Source: an uncultured virus (IMG/VR IMGVR_UViG_3300046692_000582)
Taxonomy: Duplodnaviria > Heunggongvirae > Uroviricota > Caudoviricetes
Virus record (IMG/VR): IMGVR_UViG_3300046692_000582
Strand: one strand, 5' to 3'
Length of the DNA stretch: 64,000 nucleotides
Position numbers and translations under genes: made by a program
The notes under the pieces: model-generated
The model's database searches: none
What the model was told of the DNA's origin: nothing
What the model saw: only the letters and a program-made list of their open reading frames with translations
Shown: piece by piece, positions 1 to 9,937 of the stretch
Position numbering within the stretch: position 1 is the first letter of the stretch
Layout: each line of letters opens with the position of its first letter

Positions 1-3
1 CGT

Positions 4-246
4 ATGAACATTCTTAGTGGCGTAGCAACTTCTCTTCGCAACGCAGTGAATCGCGTGAAAGCGTTTGTCGCTGCTCGCCATGAGCATGCGGAAGATCGCG
101 CTCTGTTCGCCATCGCGTGCGATGATGAGGCCTGTGATCACTACAGAATTGTGCAATCCCAGCTTGAGCTGGCCATTCGCGACATCCGGATTTTCGTTCC
201 AACGTATGTGCGGGCTTTCGTTAAGTTGCCCCCTGCCGATATTTGA
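4..246 (+). CDS. hypothetical protein
   Basis: 80-aa ORF, first of a co-directional run. Confidence 0.55.
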   Translation: MNILSGVATSLRNAVNRVKAFVAARHEHAEDRALFAIACDDEACDHYRIVQSQLELAIRDIRIFVPTYVRAFVKLPPADI

Positions 247-259
247 TGAGGTCGTAAGC

Positions 260-469
260 ATGAGTTGGCTGTCGGTTAAAGACAATCCGCCCACAATGAC
301 AAACGATGGCAGTCAGCGCTTCGTTTCAGCGCGAGTGCTGATTAAAGTCGATGGCATCGTGTACATCGGCACACGCTTCACGTTCGATGAGGACGAGGCT
401 GATGTCACTTGGGCCACCGATGGTGGTTTCACGGTCAAGCCTCAATTGTGGCAGCCACTGCCCCTCTGA
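260..469 (+). CDS. DUF551-like phage-type small protein
   Basis: ATG 260 after GAGG; N-term WLSVKDNPP and C-term LWQPLP typical of DUF551. Confidence 0.55.
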   Translation: MSWLSVKDNPPTMTNDGSQRFVSARVLIKVDGIVYIGTRFTFDEDEADVTWATDGGFTVKPQLWQPLPL

Positions 470-528
470 TTGCCTTCGCCTGATACGATGGGCTGCTGGC
501 CCCTGATATGCCCAATTAAGGATCTGTA

Positions 529-831
529 ATGCCTACTGAAAGCACTCTGCCCTCTTCTTTGAAGCCGTCTGATGATGACTTGGCAGCGGCTGTGCGTCAT
601 ACGCTGGATTGGATTGATAAGGTCCCCAGCGAACTGCCATTGCCCGCCATGCCTGGATTTGATCGCGACTGGGTTGAGAGCTTGCTGATTGGAAATCTTC
701 AACCGGAAGATGAGCCAATCACGCTCTCGGATGCGCTGTCCATGGCGCTGGAGTGGGTCGATGCAATTCCCCGGAGCATGATGGATGAGTTGCCACCATT
801 CACTCGGCCTGCGACCGCAAGCCCTCTCTAA
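529..831 (+). CDS. hypothetical protein with internal duplication
   Basis: AAGGA RBS; repeated LDWIDKVP..MPGFDR / LEWVDAIP..LPPFTR. Confidence 0.6.
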   Translation: MPTESTLPSSLKPSDDDLAAAVRHTLDWIDKVPSELPLPAMPGFDRDWVESLLIGNLQPEDEPITLSDALSMALEWVDAIPRSMMDELPPFTRPATASPL

Positions 832-850
832 TTATCAGGATGATTACGCC

Positions 851-1288
851 ATGCTTGAACACACTCCGCCGTCCATGAGAGCCCTTTCCGGCATTGAACT
901 TGCCTTGGAGCATGTCAATTTGGTCAAGCCGTTGACCAAACAGGATTTGCTTGGTTTGCAGGGCCAGTGCGTCGACGCTCCTTTGCCGTTTCGTATCCGT
1001 GTGGCGCCTCGTAGTGCGCGCAACGCTATCGAATTGGCAGCCGTGGTCGTGGACAAGGAGGATCTCTGGAATTGGAATAATGAGATCATCTTCATGCTCG
1101 ATGTCACCAAGGGTGGCATCCAAAATATTGAATGCGGTTCTCTTAGAGATCATCAGGACAGTTTTGCTGGTGCCCAAATGATCAGCTTGGCGATGACGGT
1201 GCTTTTGCGTAAAGCGGCTTTTTTCGCAGCCGATTTTGAACGCAGTTTGGTGCAATTTCCTGAAAAGCGCTTCCTGGAGTCGGTGTAA
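851..1288 (+). CDS. hypothetical protein
   Basis: ATG 851 after AGGA; TAATG coupling to next gene. Confidence 0.55.
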   Translation: MLEHTPPSMRALSGIELALEHVNLVKPLTKQDLLGLQGQCVDAPLPFRIRVAPRSARNAIELAAVVVDKEDLWNWNNEIIFMLDVTKGGIQNIECGSLRDHQDSFAGAQMISLAMTVLLRKAAFFAADFERSLVQFPEKRFLESV

Positions 1289-1575
1289 TGACTCAGAAAG
1301 TCGATTTGTTGATTTTGACGGGCGGCGGCGCTGAATTGCTTCAGAAAATGGCCCGTACAACTGCTGGTAACGACTTGCTTCAGCGAGCAGCGAGTGTTGT
1401 TCTGCGTGAGGCGTTGGATGACATCACAGTGCATCCTTGTGATGAGGGTGATGACCGTGTGTCGTCCCGCCAGCTTCCGATGTCCATGCAGCAATTGCTG
1501 TTTGCTTTGACGGGATACGAAACGCCAGGAATGGCGCCAATCGAAAACTTGCCGCCCATCAAAACGACATTTTGA
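1288..1575 (+). CDS. hypothetical protein
   Basis: translationally coupled ORF. Confidence 0.55.
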   Translation: MTQKVDLLILTGGGAELLQKMARTTAGNDLLQRAASVVLREALDDITVHPCDEGDDRVSSRQLPMSMQQLLFALTGYETPGMAPIENLPPIKTTF

Positions 1576-1661
1576 TTGACTTAAATAACGGTCAACCTAT
1601 AATAAACATCTATGTATATTGGCCTGCCTCATGGCTAGCTTGGCTATTTTTTGGAGTTGCT

Positions 1662-1886
1662 ATGAGCGTGTACTGTAATTGTCGTCAATGCGGCGGCACA
1701 AGCGATTCGATGTGGTGTGAAAGCGGGATGATGGATGCACAGGAATCTGTATGGAAGGCCGAGCGCCGACTGCGCCAGTTCAATTACATCTTGTTTGGCA
1801 TCATTGTCTTGTTTGTGGCCGCTGCAAGCTTTACTTCTCCTGAGCGCCCGCCTCAACCTGCAAATGCAGCCCATGCCAGTCGATAA
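1662..1886 (+). CDS. small Cys-rich single-pass membrane protein
   Basis: promoter TTGACT-16-TATAAT upstream, GGAG RBS, CxCxxC and one hydrophobic segment. Confidence 0.55.
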   Translation: MSVYCNCRQCGGTSDSMWCESGMMDAQESVWKAERRLRQFNYILFGIIVLFVAAASFTSPERPPQPANAAHASR

Positions 1887-2166
1887 CAAGGATATTTGAA
1901 CAAGCTTGAATCCCCTGTGTTTGCTGACACTGAAGCGGTCAAGTGCCCGATTTGCAGCTTGTTCAAATATCCTTGCAAAACCATCGGCAGCACACCATTT
2001 TGTTGACCCTGCGGATGACTTTTAGCTTTCTCAGCGGATTATCTCTGCGTGAGAGCTGATGCATGTGTGCATTTACAAGGATATTTGAATAAGCAGAAAA
2101 CACCGGGCTTCAAGGGCCTAAGTGCCCATTTTGCAGGGCACAGGGCTTGTTCAAATATCCTTGTAA
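1887..2166. repeat. two tandem elements, each bounded by inverted CAAGGATATTTGAACAAGC arms
   Basis: 1887-1906/1956-1975 perfect 20-bp IR; 2073-2094/2145-2166 21/22 IR; shared internal AAGTGCCC..TTTGCAG. Confidence 0.95.
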
Positions 2167-2172
2167 CGTGCA

Positions 2173-2574
2173 CTACATCGAAGGGCCTTGAGACCAAGTA
2201 TTGGGATTGTCGATCACCAACTCTTGATCATTTGAGATGGGGACGTACGCCCAAATGTGCGTTTCACCCTTTGCAATTGCGTCACGCAATCGGTGATTGC
2301 CATCGCACACCTCCTTATCAAACCCCAAAACAATGGGTGGTCGATTAGCTGAGTTAAGCTTTTCGTATTTTTTCTGTTTGGCTGGGTCGGCAATATTGTG
2401 GTCGGGGCTGCCCGCAACAATTTCGCTGATTAGCACCTTTTCAAGGCGTGCGTGACTGTTGAAATAAAACTCCTCAATGAATTCTTCATCCACATCACCA
2501 GGACTGGAATCGCTTATGTAAGCCGAAATTTCGTGGGCGTCCTTGAGGACGAGGGGCCATCGGGGTTTGGACAT
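2173..2574 (-). CDS. ParB/Srx N-terminal-domain-only protein
   Basis: PPIVL...VCDGNHRLRDAI..GETHIWAYV motif; AGGAG RBS. Confidence 0.75.
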   Translation of the reverse strand: MSKPRWPLVLKDAHEISAYISDSSPGDVDEEFIEEFYFNSHARLEKVLISEIVAGSPDHNIADPAKQKKYEKLNSANRPPIVLGFDKEVCDGNHRLRDAIAKGETHIWAYVPISNDQELVIDNPNTWSQGPSM

Positions 2575-2797
2575 TTATCTCTCCTTCTTTTGTCCAAATT
2601 ATACCATCCTGCTTAGTTCTTTGATCCGCAATGGATGATCTTCTCAAAAAATCATTGCAAATTTGAGGAATAGTTTGTTTTTACCTTTGTTTTTAGGTCT
2701 GGGTAACACTAGATCTGTTGCTGGCCGAGCGACAATAATATTGACTTTATTAGCTGCATTATTTATATTAAATGCAAATCACAGACCGGACAAAGCT

Positions 2798-3865
2798 ATG
2801 CGCCACCTCGTTACCGTTCGCCGAATTTCAGCCATTGAATCCATCCCCAAAGCAGATCGCGTTGTGCTCGCGACCATTGATGCCTGGAATTGCGTGGTTC
2901 CTAAAGGTGATTTTGAGGTTGGCGACCTTTGCGTCTATTTTGAGATTGACAGTTTTTTGGTTCAGGGCCAGGAGCGCTACGAGTTTCTGATGAAGGACGC
3001 GGTTATATGGGAAGGCCAGATCGGCGTTCGCATTCGTACGCGGCACTTCCGTAATCAGGTGTCGCAAGGTCTGGCTCTGCCGCTGTCTAGCTTCCCTGAT
3101 GTCGCCGCTTTGATCCAGGGGCTGGATGCGGTTACCATTCGCGGCATGGACTTCACCGAAGTGGTTGGCGCTCAGAAGTATGAGCGAGCCATTCCAGGTG
3201 AGCTGGCTGGAGCAGTGATTGGCGCAAAGCCGACTTACATTGCCACAACCGGTGAAGAGCGGATTCAGAACATCCCTGAGCACAGGATCGAGCATGCGAA
3301 CAAGCTGTATCATCGCACCGTCAAGCTCGATGGCTATAGCTCAACCATTTTCAATCACTCCCACTGGGGCGAAAGTGGCGTGTGCGGGCACTACTGGTGG
3401 TATGACGAAACCCAACCGCTCGATGAAACTCAGCCAAATCCCTACGTTCAAGTGGCGCTTGAGTCCGGAATTCTGGACGCGGTTCGCCGCTATGGTCGCA
3501 ACATTGCGCTTCAGGGCGAATTGGTGGGGCCGGGCATATGCGACAACATTGACGACTTGCCAGAAAAGCAGTTCCGTCTGTTCAATATCTGGGACATTGA
3601 TAAGAGCCGTTATCTGAGCCAGGACGAGCGTGCCATTATTCTTGCTGATCTCCAGGAGCTAGGGGTTACCGTACTTCAGGTGCCATCGCTTGGCATTGTA
3701 CGATTGGGCGACATGGGCTCCATTGAGGACATGATCAAAGCCGCCACTGGGCCATCGCTCAACCCTAAAGTAAACCGTGAGGGTGATGTCTACAGCGCCG
3801 TCGATGGCAGTGATTCGTTCAAGGTGATTTCCAACGTATTTCTGATGACCAACCCTGATGCCTGA
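2798..3865 (+). CDS. ATP-dependent RNA ligase, DRB0094 (Rnl5)-type
   Basis: N-term LVTVRRISAIESIP..AD, GDLCVYFEIDS; motifs KLDG, QGELVGPGI, FRLFNIWD, REG, SFKVISN. Confidence 0.9.
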   Translation: MRHLVTVRRISAIESIPKADRVVLATIDAWNCVVPKGDFEVGDLCVYFEIDSFLVQGQERYEFLMKDAVIWEGQIGVRIRTRHFRNQVSQGLALPLSSFPDVAALIQGLDAVTIRGMDFTEVVGAQKYERAIPGELAGAVIGAKPTYIATTGEERIQNIPEHRIEHANKLYHRTVKLDGYSSTIFNHSHWGESGVCGHYWWYDETQPLDETQPNPYVQVALESGILDAVRRYGRNIALQGELVGPGICDNIDDLPEKQFRLFNIWDIDKSRYLSQDERAIILADLQELGVTVLQVPSLGIVRLGDMGSIEDMIKAATGPSLNPKVNREGDVYSAVDGSDSFKVISNVFLMTNPDA

Positions 3866-3940
3866 CGGTTGTTTTAAAATGGAGGCGCGGGCATTGCTGG
3901 CGCCTTCCATCACCAGCGTCCTGCTTGCTGCGGAGTTCAA

Positions 3941-4453
3941 ATGAGTACTGTTTCAGAAGCTGTCTCCAAAGCGATCAAGGTTCGCGATCTTGTGTGGAGC
4001 GGACATCTCCCTGTCGAGACATGCCGTATTGCAAGGGATACGGTAATCATCCGTGATGGATGCCGCTTCGAGGTTGTCACTCGCCCCATTGAAAGCGGTG
4101 AGACGGCCAGTAGTCGCGCATTCTTTGACGAGAAGGAGCAGAAGTATGTGTGTCAGTGGAATGACAATGAGATTTTCAATCGATCAAATTTCGCGCTGGC
4201 CCATGCCCTGGGTCATGTAGTCCTCGGCCATGTGAAGAACCCTGCTGTGATTAAGCAGACCTACACATTCAGCTTGAAGTCCGAGAATCTCGAAGACCGT
4301 GCTGCGACTGCTTTTGCGATGGAGCTGCTACTTCCTGCGCGACTTGTTCGTTTCCTTTTTGGGGGCGCAAAAAACGTACAGGAATTGGCGGAAGCCTTTG
4401 GCGTATCAACAACGGCAATCACTCATCGCATCAGAGAGCTGCGCCTTATTTGA
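3941..4453 (+). CDS. ImmA/IrrE (DUF955)-like metallopeptidase homologue, HEXXH altered to HALGH
   Basis: NFALAHALGHVVLGH, FAMELLLP, C-terminal LAEAFGVSTTAITHRI HTH. Confidence 0.85.
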   Translation: MSTVSEAVSKAIKVRDLVWSGHLPVETCRIARDTVIIRDGCRFEVVTRPIESGETASSRAFFDEKEQKYVCQWNDNEIFNRSNFALAHALGHVVLGHVKNPAVIKQTYTFSLKSENLEDRAATAFAMELLLPARLVRFLFGGAKNVQELAEAFGVSTTAITHRIRELRLI

Positions 4454-4590
4454 CAAGCACTGCAATTGACTCTCCCTCCAAAAACCTCAATCAACAGTGA
4501 CACCAACTGGCGTTGCTGATTAGCCCAGCGCTTTGCCTTTCTTCGCGTCCATCAGTTACCATTTCTCTTTTTGCCATTGAGGATGTGCGA

Positions 4591-5066
4591 ATGTCCATTC
4601 TTGATTTTGGTAAAGTCGTCCCCCTACCCCTTTATCATCGCCTTCTGAATTTCGACCCTGCCACCTGTGATGCCGAAGCTGCGTCCTTGATGGAATTGCA
4701 GGAGGATTGGTATGCCGTGGCTGATGCTCTGAAGCGAATGGAGCCTGGGACGATAGCTCTAGTCGGGGATGATGAGCTGTTCATTGCTGCCTTGGATGGC
4801 GAGCTGATGATGCAGGCCATTTTCTATTCTGGAAGCGAGCGAAACTTGGATGATGCATGGCCGGAGGAGTTGTGCGGCCTCTATGGAGGCGGTCTTATTC
4901 GACTCTCACATCTAAACAAAACCTTCGTAAGTGGCTGGAGCAACCCTCGACTCGAATGGTATTGGCCATGGATCTCATTCGACTCATTGAGAGCAATTCA
5001 AACCAATCCACCACCGCATTTTGGTGCTGGAATGGTAATGCGCCTTGCGTGCTTGGCGTCGAGTGA
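4591..5066 (+). pseudogene. hypothetical gene, probably frameshifted
   Basis: GAGG-ATG 4591 frame runs through the terminator at ~5072; the overlapping frame 4857-5066 stops just before it. Confidence 0.4.
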
Positions 5067-5115
5067 ACAACAAAAAGCCCCGCTCAGAAAGACGAGGCTT
5101 TTTGTAGCTCGGCGA

Positions 5116-5751
5116 TTAGCGCTCGATGCACTTGAGGCCATTGTGGTGGTAGGAGAACCACCAATAAATCTTGTCTTGCTCATTGCCGTTATAGGTGGTG
5201 ATTTCGCCAGGGAACGCATCCCTGAGGGCCTGCATGGCGAGATCGTGCCTTGTCCAGAGCTTGCCCAGGGCAACAAAGTGCTCATCAATGACCAACAGCA
5301 CAGGCTTGTCCGGCTTGGTCAAGTCCAGCCGGTGGGTTTGGCTGCCGATCTGGGTCAGCAAGCTAATGATGTCCTTGATCGAGAATTTGGCGCGAACAAG
5401 GGCCACCAGAGCAAGGCGGAGTTGTGAATAATCCTCCATGTACGCCAGATACGTTTCACGAGCCCCGACGTCGGAAATTTCTTTTTCATCGAAAAAGTAT
5501 TCGAAATAAACAAAATCACGCCCGACCATCAGCGTAGTGTCTTCGTGCGCAGGCTTTACCCGGTCATAGCAGAGCGTCATCGTCATGCCGTCTGATTTTG
5601 GGTAGCCAATTGGGCTGTAGTCGACGGAGACCGTGGAGCGCCCACTGTCGTTGATTGCCATGCCATAGCTGATCCGGCGATGAAACAACGGATGGGCACC
5701 CATGTTGATGGTTTGAGCAACAGCTTCAACAGTAACATTCGATTCGTTCAA
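5116..5751 (-). CDS. paralogue family A member 1
   Basis: FHR..VDYSPIGY and C-term IYWWF; own promoter TTGACA-17-TATGAT. Confidence 0.8.
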   Translation of the reverse strand: MNESNVTVEAVAQTINMGAHPLFHRRISYGMAINDSGRSTVSVDYSPIGYPKSDGMTMTLCYDRVKPAHEDTTLMVGRDFVYFEYFFDEKEISDVGARETYLAYMEDYSQLRLALVALVRAKFSIKDIISLLTQIGSQTHRLDLTKPDKPVLLVIDEHFVALGKLWTRHDLAMQALRDAFPGEITTYNGNEQDKIYWWFSYHHNGLKCIER

Positions 5752-5809
5752 AGTGATGTCCCGTCCAGAGTGTGGGTATAGATAAAATCATACCCACACA
5801 AAGCAATAC

Positions 5810-5826
5810 TGTCAATAACAGTGACA
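5810..5826. promoter_or_regulatory. TGTCA-N7-TGACA operator on -35 box
   Basis: TGTCA ATAACAG TGACA. Confidence 0.75.
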
Positions 5827-5837
5827 TTTATTTGTAT

Positions 5838-6056
5838 TTAATGCGCGGCCTGGGCTGCGTCTGGATAATTGATGGTCGTGCTGCTTGCAGCAGGTGCGGC
5901 GAAGCCACAGCTGTCATGCACGGCTACATCGGAGGTGGCTGGCTTTGGCACATCAATTTTGTTTGACAGGAAAAATTGATCGATAGACGTGGTGTTGTCT
6001 GCCTGGGCGATGCATGAAAGTGTAGTTAATACCAAGGCTGCAATCATTTTTTTCAT
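5838..6056 (-). CDS. small secreted protein
   Basis: MKK-hydrophobic-AQA signal peptide. Confidence 0.6.
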   Translation of the reverse strand: MKKMIAALVLTTLSCIAQADNTTSIDQFFLSNKIDVPKPATSDVAVHDSCGFAAPAASSTTINYPDAAQAAH

Positions 6057-6274
6057 GATAATCTCGATGTGTGGTTTTTGTTGGAAACGTCGATTGAATA
6101 TGTCAATAACTATTATGCGAATAATGACACATTCATCATTAACATAAAATTAAGTGCTATTACTTGCCAGATGTTATTTGCACAACTAAAATTGATTTAA
6201 TCGTCGCGCCCCACAAGAAACCCTGTCGCAATGACACCCGAACAACTCTCTCGAAGCCAAACAAATGGGAATGA

Positions 6275-6460
6275 TTGATGAGCACTGAAATAGAAAGAGA
6301 CTCCTGGGCTTATTTTTCTCACAACGGCCAGCGCTGGACGTTTGACGCGGACCAGCTTGCTCTTTGGGATGATGAGGAAGAAGACTACCACTTTCATTCG
6401 TATCACGGTCTTGCTGAGCCCAACGTCGAATCGCTGATCAAGCTGATCGATGAAAAATAG
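6275..6460 (+). CDS. small acidic hypothetical protein
   Basis: 61-aa ORF with protein-like composition. Confidence 0.5.
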   Translation: MMSTEIERDSWAYFSHNGQRWTFDADQLALWDDEEEDYHFHSYHGLAEPNVESLIKLIDEK

Positions 6461-6555
6461 CAGCCTTTGATAATTTTGGCGTGGAACTGCTCGGATAAAA
6501 TTCAGCCCTTTAATGGGGCCACATTTCGTAGATATGCTATAAATAAAATGGTGAA

Positions 6556-6924
6556 ATGCTCGTGTTAAAATTTAAAGATATTTTGGAATGGTTGTTAATC
6601 GGAGCGTGTGTGACTGTTGGGCTTTCATTGTTGATTTTTTCAATGTGCGGATGGTGTAAAAACCCTCAGCTAACCGCCTATCTGCTCATTGCGCCGCTAT
6701 TTATTGGGTCTTTTTTTGAAAGCAAGTTTGATGCTGTTGCTGCTTACGGTTACCCCAACGGGCATGTTGACTGGCGAATTGGCTTTGTAATTTTCTCAAT
6801 TATTGCCTATGCAATAAACCCGGCGAGTGAGATGAGTTACCTGTACTACTCCGTCATCGCGGGAGCGGTAGTTGGTAAGCTCTATCAGTTTCTCTGTGAT
6901 CGACGAGAGGTGGCTGTCAAATGA
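6556..6924 (+). CDS. multi-pass membrane protein
   Basis: about 4 hydrophobic segments. Confidence 0.6.
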   Translation: MLVLKFKDILEWLLIGACVTVGLSLLIFSMCGWCKNPQLTAYLLIAPLFIGSFFESKFDAVAAYGYPNGHVDWRIGFVIFSIIAYAINPASEMSYLYYSVIAGAVVGKLYQFLCDRREVAVK

Positions 6925-7283
6925 TTATAACAACCGAGCTTTATCATGCGTGCGTGATGCCCGTTCTCATTTTTACAATTATCTGTGGGCTAATCGTCTT
7001 AGCTGACGACTACCGAACTGTTGGCGGTGGCGTACTGGGCGTGATGCTTTCTTCAATATTCATCGGGGTTCTTTCGACTGGAAATATAGAGGCTTTTAAA
7101 GCACTCGTTCCAGTGATTGCCCCTGTACTTTTGGGTGTTTGGCTTGTAACTTGGCTCGTCTTAGCAAAGCCGTTTGATCGACGTGGCCGAGAGAAGACAA
7201 GGAAAATTGCGGCGGCTCGGGCTGCCATTGCCGCACGTGGTGGTTACACCAATCCGGCGAAAAACAAAAACGAGTCTGCTTGA
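6921..7283 (+). CDS. membrane protein
   Basis: 3 hydrophobic segments, ATGA overlap with upstream gene. Confidence 0.6.
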   Translation: MIITTELYHACVMPVLIFTIICGLIVLADDYRTVGGGVLGVMLSSIFIGVLSTGNIEAFKALVPVIAPVLLGVWLVTWLVLAKPFDRRGREKTRKIAAARAAIAARGGYTNPAKNKNESA

Positions 7284-7338
7284 ATAAGTTGCCGATGCAT
7301 TGCGCTTGAATTCGCAATGCATTGGCTGGAGATAGTGG

Positions 7339-7977
7339 TTACATCGAGCCAGGGGAGCTTTCGGCAATCGAAAGAATTGATGCCCTGCCGTTGTGGTAAC
7401 GGAAACTCCAGTAGGTCTGCTCGCCCAGAGTGGCTTCACGCACCTGATAGGTGATGCCCGGACGCGCAGCGTTCAGATGCGCAGCGGCTGACACTTCGTT
7501 ATCAAAGATCTTGTTCTCGTAGATGACAAAATCATCCGCGAGCTTGACGAAGATCGGAGTTTCCGGATTATCTAGCAGGCTGGTTCGGTCGAGGTCAATT
7601 TGCAGAACTAGATCCATCAGGTCCAGAATCTGCGTTTGGGCTTCCACTTTCTCATTGAGAAAATCCAGTAGCTCAGTGGCATTATTAATCGCAGCCAAAT
7701 AGGCCTGCGTACTCACCAGCCGATCCGCGTCCTTGTCCATGCCGTCACTGCCGCTGAAGCGAAGTTTGTACTCAACAAACATGTCGCCCAGCTTAGGACC
7801 CGTCGTTTGGCCGTAACTGCCCAGCTTGGAGAAAGCTACCTCTACTGTGACTGTATCGGAGACCCAAAAGCCTACCGGTCGGTAGTTGATGAGCAGAAAG
7901 CCGCCGTGAGTTGGATCAAAACGCCACGAAGGTGTACGGGTGAAACGAGGATCCGCTTGAAGTGCAATGGCTTTCAT
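7339..7977 (-). CDS. paralogue family A member 2
   Basis: FTR..INYRPVGFW, VREATLGEQTYWSF; promoter TTGACA-17-TATTAT. Confidence 0.8.
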   Translation of the reverse strand: MKAIALQADPRFTRTPSWRFDPTHGGFLLINYRPVGFWVSDTVTVEVAFSKLGSYGQTTGPKLGDMFVEYKLRFSGSDGMDKDADRLVSTQAYLAAINNATELLDFLNEKVEAQTQILDLMDLVLQIDLDRTSLLDNPETPIFVKLADDFVIYENKIFDNEVSAAAHLNAARPGITYQVREATLGEQTYWSFRYHNGRASILSIAESSPGSM

Positions 7978-8035
7978 ATCGCTCTCTTAAATGGCGTCTG
8001 AGTAATGAGTGAATAATAATCCAGCGCCGCGCATA

Positions 8036-8052
8036 TGTCAATACTACTGACA
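8036..8052. promoter_or_regulatory. TGTCA-N7-TGACA operator on -35 box
   Basis: TGTCA ATACTAC TGACA. Confidence 0.75.
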
Positions 8053-8092
8053 TAAAGAGCAAAAATGAAGGGAGGCAAGAAACCCGATGGAC

Positions 8093-8629
8093 CTATATGC
8101 TCGACATGTCGAGCGCTTGCTTCTTAGACCAGATGCAGCCTGCTTCACAGGGTTTGCCGCGTTCAAGCCAGCCAATGGCTCTCTCAATCGCTTCGACTGA
8201 CTCAGGTGAGCGTAGATTGTCTTCAATTGCTTGTGCAATAAGAGCATTACGCAGCTTTTGCCAATCTTCAGCGCAAGCCAATTGCGGTCTCCAGGCGTCA
8301 CGCGCAATGGACTTGCATGCAATATTTTTCGGAAAGTTCAGGTGATACAAAAAAGACTGGGAAGCAAATTGCTTGGAATTGACGAAGGCTTTCATGGTGT
8401 CGGCAGGAAGTACAAGGCGATTTCGTTGAATCCAACGAATAATGGTTCCAGTGGCTGATTGGTTTCTGTGGCCTCTTCGCTGTACGTCTATCAGAGTGGC
8501 AGTTTCCTCATCTAAACTCCAAATCATTTCGAATTCGCCCGGATCTCTTTCGATGACGCCCCATACTGCTGCGCACATTTTCAGGGTCAAAATTTCAGGG
8601 TATTCATTTCCAATATTTTTGATATTCAT
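8093..8629 (-). CDS. hypothetical protein
   Basis: 178-aa ORF. Confidence 0.6.
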   Translation of the reverse strand: MNIKNIGNEYPEILTLKMCAAVWGVIERDPGEFEMIWSLDEETATLIDVQRRGHRNQSATGTIIRWIQRNRLVLPADTMKAFVNSKQFASQSFLYHLNFPKNIACKSIARDAWRPQLACAEDWQKLRNALIAQAIEDNLRSPESVEAIERAIGWLERGKPCEAGCIWSKKQALDMSSI

Positions 8630-8787
8630 GAGGCAATCACTCTGTAAAAATCAGCACTGTTATAGCTTTATTATACGCGGTTTAAGGGCTGTTCGATCAT
8701 CGCGAAATGTCTTTTTATGACATTCACATTGACATCACTGTGTGGTGTGTCATAATGAACCCATTACAAATGCCAAGGAAAATCCAA

Positions 8788-9612
8788 GTGACCACGCTCA
8801 ACGCGCCGACTACTGTAGCTCCTACATGGTTTACTCGTGACGGAAGCGCTGTGCCTTCTGACAAGGTGTCAGGTGTTGATTTGGTCAAGGGCAAGGCTTT
8901 TTACAGCTTCATCCCAATGTGTGGCCGCTGTGGCGGTCAAGGTGGGAGCCAAGCGTGGTCTCATACTGGGTACGTGTGTTACGAGTGTAATGGCACCCGT
9001 GTTGGTCCACGGCGCACCCTTGAAGTGTTTCTGGAGTCGCGTCTGGCGGTCCTAAACGCAAGTCGTGACAAGCGCCGTGCAAAGGCTCAGGCCAAGCTTG
9101 AAAAAGCAGAGGCGGATCGTCTTGATGAGTTGCGTGGGCCTTGGCAGGCCTGGAAGAACGACAATGCCGATCTGATTGCAGAAATGCGCAAGATTGCTGA
9201 CTCCAACAAGTTCATTGGCGACCTTCTCGCGAAGCTAGATGCGATTAATATCCTGAGCGAGCGCCAGATCACCGCCGCACAAAAGTGCGTAGATGATGCG
9301 CACATCAAGGCTCAGGAACGCATCAGCAATGAGCAGTCCAAGTGGATTGGCAAAGTGGGGGATCGGGCTGAGTTTACATTCACGGTTGAGCGTATTATTG
9401 ACTGGACCAAGCCTGATGACTATCCACTGATCTATCGCTACCTGCACATCTGTAAGGATGCTAGCGGCAATGCGATCAAGTACGTAGGCAATGCGGCTTG
9501 CATGCCGGGCGAGGGTGAAACTGTAACGCTAAAAGCGACAGTCGCAGCCCATGAAACTTATGATGGCATCAAACAAACAGTTCTTTCCAGGCCAGCCATT
9601 ATCAAAAAATGA
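8788..9612 (+). CDS. CxxCxGxG zinc-finger protein with probable C-terminal OB fold
   Basis: CGRCGGQG / CYECNGT; GTG 8788 after AAGGA; promoter TTGACA-16-CATAAT. Confidence 0.7.
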   Translation: MTTLNAPTTVAPTWFTRDGSAVPSDKVSGVDLVKGKAFYSFIPMCGRCGGQGGSQAWSHTGYVCYECNGTRVGPRRTLEVFLESRLAVLNASRDKRRAKAQAKLEKAEADRLDELRGPWQAWKNDNADLIAEMRKIADSNKFIGDLLAKLDAINILSERQITAAQKCVDDAHIKAQERISNEQSKWIGKVGDRAEFTFTVERIIDWTKPDDYPLIYRYLHICKDASGNAIKYVGNAACMPGEGETVTLKATVAAHETYDGIKQTVLSRPAIIKK

Positions 9613-9640
9613 ATGCATTGGTCCCAAGGCGCCTTGCTCT

Positions 9641-9937
9641 TTATGCCTGAAGGACCGGTTCGTTATTGTTTTCGGTATAGGGTTCAATGAAATCAGCAAT
9701 CTGCTGGTGTAGATTTTCTTTTCTGATTACCTTTGAACCCAAATCCAACACTTTTCTGCCTTCACTGAGTGCTTTGGGTGATTCAGCAAGAATCAAAAAA
9801 GTCACTCCGGAAGGTCCCGAGCCATCCAGGTATGTTTTGACTAATTGTGCGTGCAAGCCATCCGGCATACTTTCAAAAAATTTCATGTACGCATTTTGGA
9901 TTATTTCTTGATTTTTGTCGTCCATTGAATCTTCCAT
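9641..9937 (-). CDS. hypothetical protein
   Basis: 98-aa ORF abutting upstream gene. Confidence 0.55.
   Translation of the reverse strand: MEDSMDDKNQEIIQNAYMKFFESMPDGLHAQLVKTYLDGSGPSGVTFLILAESPKALSEGRKVLDLGSKVIRKENLHQQIADFIEPYTENNNEPVLQA

Noticed and set aside
1887..2166. attC sites, canonical parS or simple terminators
   Set aside because: No RYYYAAC/GTTRRRY ends, no TGTTTCACGTGAAACA match, loops of ~50 nt without U-tracts.
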